This document shows, one piece after another, positions 54,886 to 64,000 of a stretch of 64,000 bases of DNA. The stretch lies in the NCBI RefSeq assembly GCF_009914755.1, contig NC_060930.1; one strand, given 5' to 3'. A program made the translations under genes and the position numbers. The DNA comes from the human T2T-CHM13v2.0 reference genome, Homo sapiens. Each line of letters begins with the position of its first letter. Position 1 is the stretch's first letter. The notes below the pieces were generated by a model, which saw only the letters and a program-made list of their open reading frames with translations, was not told where the DNA came from and searched no databases.

Positions 54886-57049
54886 AAAAAAAAAAGAAGA
54901 AGAAGATATGTAAGGAATTTGAACCTAGCTGGATGCATCAGTTATGCAGGAAAAACAAAAGGTAAATATAATGCTCATGGAGCTAGGTCTCCCAAGGCTT
55001 TTTGCCATTGAGATGTTAAATACAAGCATAGCTGGAAAGTCAAGACATAACCCTAACATAATTTGAGTTATTTATTGCTTTTCTTAAACTCTGGAAGTAC
55101 CCAGAATTGTGTGTGTATGTGCGTTTGTATGTACATGCATTTTATTTTTTTATCTTATCTGCCAGACTTGTAAGTCAGAGAAAAAGTCAGCAGTGCCTTA
55201 GCTGTACAACAAATTGTTGAGTGCCAATATCCTCATTAAGAACCATTCCACATAGCATAGCTACTCTTTGGAGCTTTAAATCCAGGAACGTTCTTAGTGT
55301 AGCACTTCCTAAGCTCTCATATGTCTTGCTTAGGCATGTCTCTACCTCTCAGCTATCCTTTATCCTCTCAATCATATATATTTACCACAGCTCAACAGTC
55401 TTTTCTCACATCCATGACAAAATGTTTCCTGTAAGTTTTTTTCCTTTCATTCTAAATCCTGTCCAAGGACCATAATCACAGGTGCATGATTCACCATAGT
55501 ATTTATCAGGCCTTTGTTGATAGAAAAGTGATTCAGCTTTGAAAGAAGTGCCTGTGATTGACCTTCTCTTTCTTCCCAGAATAACCTCTGTTTTCTTTCA
55601 AAACCAGATGTTTTGAAATAAAGGATAAAGAAAATAACCAATTGTTTACAAGATCATTTTTTCATATTCCTTCTATTTAGTTAATTTGTATTTTGCCATA
55701 TAATTATTTTTCCCTCTGGAACATACAGTCCCAAATTGAGTATTTTCTGAAGGGGAAAAAAGTAGTTCCGAATTCAGTATGATCATTATAATATCTCCCT
55801 TTCTGGTAATATTTCAAGTAACGTATCACCTTGCACCACATCCCATTTTAGGCTTTAATAACATAACTACAAGATTCAGGAAACTATGATGAAAATGCTC
55901 CCATATCCATCTAAGTACTATAGATTAGGTGCAAATTCTGCCACCACCACCACAATTTTAATGCTGATAAAGCCATAATTTTCTGGCTTTTGTTCACTAT
56001 TCTATTCCAAACTCAGGTCTATGGGAAAAGAAATACTTTAAAAAATAATATAATTTTATTACTTGTATTTTTAGAAGAAAGAAAAGGGAAACTTTTCTAA
56101 ACACAATTCCTCTCTTCATGTCTCCTATCATATGTGTTGCTAATGTTCTCAAACCTTCATTTCCAATATTTTATAAGAAAGGAACAGTTTTTCTCCAAAT
56201 GCTATCCATTATAAAGATTTAAATGGACTGAAAACTTTAGTTTTGACATACTGGCCACACTCAACTCTCTAGATCACTAAGGACTGCAAGCATATGCCCT
56301 GCAGTGCACAGAGCCTAGGAAAGATATTTTTCTTCATATCTCATCAATATGTTCCAAAGAATCAATATGGTGTTGAACTCTCATCCCTCTTTAACTTGAG
56401 AGTGAAAGGAAATACAGGGGATGTCTTTGACTCATATGCTAATAATTTCTTTCTTTTACATACACTTTTTAATTACTCTGATAACATAGTTATTATCACA
56501 ACTCAGAAAATAAATATTGGGAGATAGCAAGCCACAAGAAGTCACTCGCTTTTGGAAATATTACAATTAAAACATATGACCAAAGAAGGTAATGGATTAA
56601 GATATGTTTGTCATTTTATTCATTACTTGTTAATTTTGTAAGGACATAAGCCCAAAAATTAATGACAAAATTATGAGTACAAAGAGATAAATTCATCCTT
56701 ATATGCCTTTATTATGATCAACTATGTAATTTACCTACCTTTTTAAAATTATTTGAGGATCTATGAACTGCAAGCACTGTATAAATAGTGAAGAAAAAGG
56801 TAACTAGAATATATAAAAAAAGTACAAGGATTACCTTCAAAGATTTTATGTGAAGATACATATACAAGTGAGAAAATACATATACAAGAGACAAGACATA
56901 TACAAATGAGAAAGGTAATGTGAGTCAAGGAAGAAATGATAAATGTGCCTATACACTGTGGAATTAGCCATATTTAAGAGTCTAAGTTTTGGCTTCCTAG
57001 TGAAGTAGTTGGCCTGCTGAAATACTCAGAAATGTTTATTGAATTAGAA

Positions 57050-57354
57050 CAGGCATTGTCAAACTTCTCCTACAAAAGGCCAGATTATAAATATTTTATG
57101 CTTTGTGGTCCATATGGTCTCTGTTACAAATATTGATCTCTGCTATTGTAATGCTAAAGCAGCCATAGAAAATAGACAAATAAATTAGCATCACTGTATT
57201 CTAATAAAACTTCATCATAGACACTGAAATTTGAATTATATGTCATCTTCATATATCATAAACTGTTCTTTCGATTTTTTTGCAATCATTGAAAAATGTA
57301 AAACCAATGGTGGACTGGATTTAGCCTATGGACCACCTAGTTTGTGTATCCCTG
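57050..57354 (+). mobile_element. MER58B (hAT-Charlie) DNA transposon
   Basis: caggcattgtcaaac...aaggccagattataaatatttt...tagtttgtgtatccctg; 8-bp TSD aattagaa / aattatag. Confidence 0.85.
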
Positions 57355-58790
57355 AATTATAGCATTAGTATTGAAAAAAGAATGGTTTTTGCAATTATCT
57401 CATTTTAAATTGCCCTCTTATGTTTGGAGGAGTATAGCTGATGGAGGACCATGTTTTTTTGATAGAATGACAGATTTAAAATGTGTGTACCAGCTGTACA
57501 GGCAAAGATACATTTTTGTACAACTTGAACTTTGTTCAAAAGGATTTTCTTTACTTCTTCTTGTTTATGTGTTGTTTACTGCTTTTATTCTCATTCAATT
57601 ACTAATGTTTTAAATAATCTAAACTCATTTAATTCTCTCCTTTTGTCCACCTCTGCTCCCAAAGTTACTTTGTGTCTATAAATAATATAGTCACAACTCA
57701 AACATTAGAAAAGTAACCCAACATTAGCTACGCAAATCTATCTAAATTAAATCTTATAGAAGACAAAAATATGGCATTTAACAAGGTTTTTTGGGGAAAC
57801 GTCAGTCTAAAGTACTAAATAATAAAAGTCTTCATCTTTGATAACTTTGCATATGTAATTTTTTATTAAAATTTCATTATTTTTAACTCATATTTATCGA
57901 TAGACTTGCTGTGCTATTACTAGTTTTACTCAGAAGGTGGACTCAATATGTTGTTTGGCTCTTACTAAAGCATACTTCTTCTTCACTCCTTTTTAATGGC
58001 TCCTCCCTACTTTATAGTTGATTTATTTTGCTCATGTGGTAGATTAAGAATTTCATAAAGAAGGAAGTCATTTCTAGTTAATTGAAATCATTCCAAGTAC
58101 ATCTGTTTTCAAAGAAATTTTACCAAACAGGCCCTTTTCCACACAGGAACAATGGAGGAAAAGTAACAACTGCTGCCTCTAAAGAACAAGAAAATTGCAA
58201 GGTTGACTAGGACAATAAGGAGAAATAAATAGGTGAAGAAAATCCATACATGCAAATCAGAGATTACATATCTCATAGATTACTTATAGCATTTTGAAAT
58301 GTACAGTAGGTAATTTCATCAATAGAATCTTAAACGTAAGATACTTTAATTAACAGTATTCTTATTTTGCAATAGCACATACCATAGAAGAGTTAAGGCT
58401 ACAAAAAGTCTTTCCTGACATTACCAATATTTCTGGAAATAAAATATCAATGTGTCTGGATTTATGAATATAGTGATGCAATATTTCTAATGTCTTGCTT
58501 AGAATAAATAATAACTTACTATTAAGCAAATCTTATGGGGTAAATAAAATAAATGTGTCAAAAACCAATCAATAGAGTGACTTTAGCAAACAGAGAAACA
58601 GAGATGATATCAACCTAGTCAATCACTTATGTTTTGTGTATCAAGTAGAAAAGTAAACTCATGTAAAGAAATATTTGTCTATATATATCTATAAAGTTCT
58701 GAATATGTATTTGTTTTAAGCAAAGAAAGTATGTGTGAGAGGTTTCTTTTTACTTTTTAGTAATCTAGATTTTATATTACATAAAGGGAA

Positions 58791-59154
58791 TGTCCAGTTC
58801 ATATAGGATACTATAAACAAAATACCTTTGACAGGGTAGCTTATAAACAACAGAAATGTATTTCTTTGAATTCTAACACTAAGAATTTCCATGATCAAGG
58901 CACTAGCAGATTTCACGTTTAGTAAGGGTCTATTGTTTGATTCATAAAAGTCACCCTCTCTCTGTGTCCTCACATGGTAGAGGGGAAGAACTTTAGTCTC
59001 TTCAGCCCTTTATTAAGGCATTAATCCCATTCATGACGACTCTATCCTCATGACCAAATAACTTCCCAAAGACCCCACCTCTTAATACCATTCATTTGAG
59101 AAATATATTTCAGAATATGAATTTTGGAAGGAAGCAAATGTTCAGACTATAGCA
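58791..59154 (-). mobile_element. MLT1A-type MaLR solo LTR, complete
   Basis: tgtccagttc...gtgtcctcacatggtag...ttcagactatagca; 5-bp TSD gggaa/gagaa. Confidence 0.88.
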
Positions 59155-59254
59155 GAGAATTTTATATTATATAACATAATTTAATTTTGAATTTTATATC
59201 CCAAAAAAGAAGTCACAAAGTTCCAAGAATCTTGTCAAAAGTCTTTTCCTTTGA

Positions 59255-59419
59255 TACATAATTTTCAAGCTTTCAGATCAAAATCACCTAGGAAACTTGT
59301 AAAGCTGTATGCTATACCATATCTGCAAATTTGATTGACAAAACATCTAGAGCTAAAAAATATGCATTTTAAACAAATATCCCAGGTGATTCCTAGCACA
59401 TTAAATTTGGGGAACCATG
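59255..59419. mobile_element. MER5A hAT-Charlie element
   Basis: atcaaaatcacctaggaaacttgtaaa...tgcattttaaacaaatatcccaggtgattcct...tttggggaacca. Confidence 0.72.
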
Positions 59420-60685
59420 ACCCTGATACCTAATTTTTTTTTATTCTTCCCTGCTGTCTTGTCTTTGCTATAATTATCGTTTCTCATAAATCCTCTCATA
59501 ATAACAAGACATTGCTTTGCTTTCAGTGTCACTAACATTTCTGTAATCACCATGATTATCAGGCTTTGCCTCGATTCGTATGTATACGTAGATCTTTGAA
59601 AAATACAGTACCTGTGTTAACATTCAAAATCAGAATCAAAATTAAGACTCAGAATCAGAATCACTCCTGCCTGATTCCAGCTTCAAATTTCAAGCTGTAG
59701 CTGTTCCGCATATGACCATATTCTGGGCATTGGTGCTACTGCCACTGTGTGTGCACCCACACACTGGTGACAAGAGTGATCCTCTGGACTGCCATTTAAC
59801 CTTTTTGGGAAAAAAAAGAGAATGAAAGGACATTCGTCCCCTTCAGTAGCATGGCATCAAAGGTCCCCAGTGTCTTGTAATGCCACAGCAGATACTTACA
59901 GCCTTGGTGACCAAAGACCTCCCACAATCTTCACCGATACTGACCTCAGCAGACAGAGCAGCTTAAAATCTACACTATTGGACCACCATTGCCTCATCAG
60001 GGTCGAGGCATTACTGTGCCTGTCTCTCACAGACGTAGAGCAACCACACCAAAGCAGATAGCACCCTTGCACTCACCCATATGAAAAGATTTCTTTCCAC
60101 CAAAGCTAGTATTTAAAGTATGCAAAAGGTGTGTGCTTTATCTAATATGGAGACCTTTATACAAAGTTACAAGGTTATGAAAAATAAGGAAAATTCACAC
60201 CAATAAATGAATACAGTAATCTTCTAATAACTGGCACTCTAAAAATTGAGATCTGTGAATTGCCTGACAAATAGTTCAAATTAATTATTTTAGAGAAGCT
60301 CAATGAGCAATAAGAAAATACAAATAGAAAACTCAATAAATCAGAAAAATAATATATGAGCAAAACAAGTTCAAGAAAGAGGTAGAAGTCATTAAAAACA
60401 AAACAAATTCTGGAGTTGAAAAACAGCTAATGAAACAAAAAAAAATACATTAGACAGCTTCAACAGTAGAAAGAATCTGTAAATTCAAAGACAGGTCATT
60501 TCAAATTATGCAGCCAGAGAAGGAAAAAGAAAAAAAGAATGAAAAAGATTTTAGAAATTGTATGGAATTCATGGGATATCATCAGGAGACCTAATGTATG
60601 CATTATGAAAATCACAGAAGGAGCTATGAATAATAAAGGGGCATACGCTTATACGAAGAACTGATGTCCTAAAATGTCCTAAAAT

Positions 60686-60992
60686 TTTTGTTTATTTTAT
60701 TTTTTTGTTTTGAGATGGAGTTTCAGTCTTGTTACCCAGGCTGGAGAGAAATAGTGCAATCTCAGCTCACACCGCAACCTCCGCCTCCTGGGTTCAACCA
60801 ATTCTTCTGACTCAGCCTCCCAAGTAGCTGGGATTACAGGCATGTGCCAACACACCCGGATAATTTTGTATTTTTAGTAGAGATGGGTTTCTCCATTTTG
60901 GTCAGGCTGGTCTCGAACTCCCGACCTCAGGTGATCCGACTGCCTCGGCCTCCCAAAATGTGGGATTACAGGTGTGAGCCACCATGCCTGAC
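60686..60992 (-). mobile_element. AluSp SINE
   Basis: AluSp-type positions gagtttc..tcttgtt.ccc, tttctccat..tggtcagg, actcccgacctcagg. Confidence 0.9.
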
Positions 60993-61334
60993 AAAAATTT
61001 TCAAATCTTGAGATGGAAATATATAACTAGGTTCTTAAGGCTCACAAGTTATCAAATAGTTTCAACCCAAAGAAGACTGCACCAAGACGTAATAAACAAA
61101 TTGTCAAAAATCAAGAATGAGAGAATTCTGAAAACAACGATGAAAAGTGACACATCACATATAAAGGAACCTTTCCAAAAATTAATAAGCAGATTTCTTA
61201 TCAAAAGTCTTGCAGATCAAGAGGGAGATACCATATGCAAAGCACTAAAGGAAAATAAAACTGCTAACCAATGGAAAATAAGTAAAATTTTATTACTGTC
61301 TCCTTTGTTTCTTCCTTCCTTTCTTTATTTTTAT

Positions 61335-61814
61335 TTCTGATTGCTTCCAATTATGGTTACTCTCAATAACATGGTTATAAACATTTGTATACAATATTGA
61401 TGTGAATATGTTTTCATTTCTCTGAGATAAATGCCAGAGTGCACTAACTAAGCTGTATGGAAGCTGTATGATAATTGCATAGTTACTTTCAAGAGAAATG
61501 GCCAAACTGTTTTCCAGGCGTCTGTATCACTTTATATTCCCATGGATGAGTAAAAATATCTGACTGGCATTCCAACAAACATTTGGTGTTGTCATTTTAA
61601 ATTTTGTTTATGTCATTATTTACACATACACACACATATTCACTCATGTTCAGATGTTTATAACATGTTTATTTTAGCCACTATGGTAGATATATAGCAA
61701 TATCTTGTTGTGGTTTCAGTTTTGCTAAAGACTAATACTGTTGAACAATTTTTCATGTGTTTCTCTGCCATCTGTATATCCTATGCAGTGAAATGTCTGT
61801 TTATTGATTTTGTC
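61335..61814 (-). mobile_element. Old L1M ORF2-end fragment
   Basis: gaatatgttttcatttctctgagataaatgccagagtg...ccaaactgttttcc...gtgaaatgtctgttt. Confidence 0.7.
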
Positions 61815-62015
61815 TTTTTTTATATTTTAAGTTTAGGGGTACAAATGAACGTTTGTTACATAGGTAAATTTGTGTCATGAAGGTTTGTTGTCCAGAATAT
61901 CTCAAGACACAGGTATTAAGTCTAGTACCCATTAATTATTTTTCTTGATCTTCTCCCTCCTCCTACCCTCCACCCTCTGAAAAGGCTCAGTGTATGTTGT
62001 ACCCCTCTATGTGTC
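61815..62015 (-). mobile_element. L1PA13/14-like 3' end
   Basis: ttttaagtttaggggtaca...gttacataggtaaatttgtgtcatg...ggtattaagtctagtacccatt...ccctctatgtgtc. Confidence 0.8.
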
Positions 62016-62076
62016 TTCCTTTCTTCCCTCCTTTTTTTCTTCTTTCTTTCTCTCTTTCTTTCTCTCTTTTTCTTTT

Positions 62077-62125
<49 letters not shown>

Positions 62126-62295
62126 TTTCTTCCTTTCTTTCTTTTTTACTTTCTTTCCTTCTTTTTAATTCTTTTCTTCTTTGTTTTCTTGCTTTCGTTT
62201 TCTTCTTTCTGATTAATTCGTTCATTCATTCTTTCTTTCTTTTTCTTGTTTTCTTTCTTGCTTGCTTTCTTTTTCTTTCTCTCTTTCTGTCTGTC
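62016..62295. repeat. (CTTT)n-rich expanded Alu tail
   Basis: ~280 bp C/T tract with perfect TTTC runs. Confidence 0.92.
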
Positions 62296-62442
62296 TCTCT
62301 GTCTCACTATGTCACCAACGCTGGAGAGCAGGGTTGCAATCACAGTTTCTTGCAGCCCCAAACTCCTTGGCTCAAGCAATTCTTCCACCTCAAATTCCCG
62401 AGTAGCTGAGACTGCAAGTGCCAACCACCACACCCAGCTAAC

Positions 62443-62486
<44 letters not shown>

Positions 62487-62520
62487 ACTGGACAGGAGTC
62501 TCACTCAGTTGCCTAGGCTG
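62296..62520 (-). mobile_element. 5'-truncated AluJ with (TCTA)11 in its linker
   Basis: gtctcactatgtcacc...ggctcaagcaattcttccacctc...cccagctaa, then (TCTA)11 at 62443-62486, then gagtctcactcagttgcctaggctg. Confidence 0.85.
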
Positions 62521-64000
62521 CAATTTTCTTTTATAAGTGAAGGAGAGATAAAATCTTTCACAGACAAACACAAACCCATGGATATTTGTCACCACTAGAC
62601 TTTCCTTATGGGCTAAAGCTTAAAGAAGTTTTTAAAACTAAAATAAAAACATGTTATGCAGCAACATGAAAGCATAAATCCCACTGGTAAAGGTAAATGT
62701 ATAGAAAAATACACATTGATGTTAAAATTCTAATGGTGGAGCATAAATTATTTTAAATCTATTATGAAAGTTAAAAAGTAATAATTTGTTAATGAATACA
62801 CAATATAATAAGGAAGAAATTCTGACTGTAAGAACACATTGGGTGTGAAGGGGAGTAAAACTATAGAGTTTCTATAAGAGATTAAAGTTAAATTGTTTTA
62901 AAATTAAAATAGAAGGCTATAGCTACAAGATGCTTTCACAGGCATAAAGCTCACCAGAAAGAAAAAGCATTAATATACAAACAACAGATAAATAGAAATG
63001 AATCAAAGCAAAATAATTACAAAATTATCAAATACAAAAACAGAGAGGAAGAAACAAATGACTGCACAACAGACAAAAATTCCCAAAATGGTAATAGTAA
63101 CCCCTCACTTACCAATAATTACTTTACATATAGATAGAAAAAATTACCAATAAAAAGATACAGAGTGCATAAAACAATAATATCCAACTATGGTTATATA
63201 CACGAGACTTGCTTTATATTTAAAGAAATGTATAAGCTAAAAGCAAAAGGATGGAAAATTTTATTTCGTGCAAATTGTAAGCACAAGAAAGTAGGAGTGA
63301 CTGTATTTGTAGAAACCTAAAATCTAAAAATATCTTTAGAGGATAAGAAGCTTATTATATAATGATTAAGGTGTCAATTCAACCCTGGAGATTATAAAAT
63401 TATGAATATATGGGTACCAAACATCACAGTACCTACATATATAAAGCAAATATTGACAGATATAAAGGGAGAAATTGACAGGATTAGGGTAGTAAGAGTG
63501 GATTTCAATACCACATTTTCAATAATACATAGAACATCTAGAAAGAAAGTCACTAAAACAATAATTGACTTGAATAACACTATAGGCCTAAAGGATCTAA
63601 AAGACACATTTCCATTCAACAGCAGAATATACATTCTTCTTAAGCACATATGGAACATTTTCCAGGAGAGATAACATGTTAGGTCAAAAAACAAGACTGC
63701 AAATTTAAAAAGATTAAAATCATTGCAAATATTTTTACTGACCACAGTGGAATAGAAGAACTTAATAACAGCAAAAAAAGAGAGAAAGAGAAAATTACAA
63801 ATACATGAAAACTAAACACACTCTTGAACAATGTGTCAAACAGAAAATCATAACAGGATTTTAAAAAGTTTCTCAAGACAAATGAAAAACAAAACACAAC
63901 AGACCAAAATCTGTGGGATGCAGCAAAAGCAGTTCTAAGGGAGAGGTTTATAGCAACAAATGTCCATATCAAAAATATATATATATTTCAAATAAGCTAC

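Larger units (their letters stand above)
59670..64000 (+). mobile_element. Old LINE-1 (L1M2/L1MB-type): partial 5'UTR, ORF1, start of ORF2; runs off the window
   Basis: ORF1-like aggaaaattcacaccaataaat...; EN-domain ORF 63402-63674 (NIWVPN...YIKQILTDIKGEID...DFNTTFS). Confidence 0.82.

Noticed and set aside
61990-62536. Phe/Leu/Ser-rich and Lys/Glu/Arg-rich ORFs
   Set aside because: Translations of the (CTTT)n tract and Alu.

Overview
Primate (almost certainly human) AT-rich, gene-poor intergenic or deep-intronic DNA. I can support no host protein-coding exon, rRNA, tRNA, snRNA or CRISPR array. Nearly all ORFs in the track are decayed LINE-1 ORF1/ORF2 pieces, Alu/LTR-derived ORFs or microsatellite artefacts. 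The window is mostly a layered transposable-element record. LINEs: a young 5'-truncated L1PA3 (4.2-5.8 kb), a near full-length L1MA2/3 (16.3-27.9 kb) and older L1s nested up to four levels deep. SINEs: about ten Alu/FLAM copies and several MIRs. LTRs: MaLR LTRs and solo ERV LTRs (LTR33, LTR10B-like, MER50, two LTR12). DNA transposons: MER44 containing MER2, plus MER58B and MER5A. The most unusual structures are a ~2.5 kb almost purely A/T self-complementary minisatellite that grew inside L1 ORF2 beside a 54-bp duplication; four composite blocks that look like ancient L1-mediated transductions or chimeric retro-insertions of foreign genomic DNA; a twin-primed L1PA7 with a 15-bp inversion; and two independent co-oriented LTR12 solo LTRs with a head-to-head MER50, which may form an LTR-derived promoter cluster. 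I do not see evidence for a new gene system. Subfamily names come from my recollection of consensus sequences and need RepeatMasker/Dfam confirmation.
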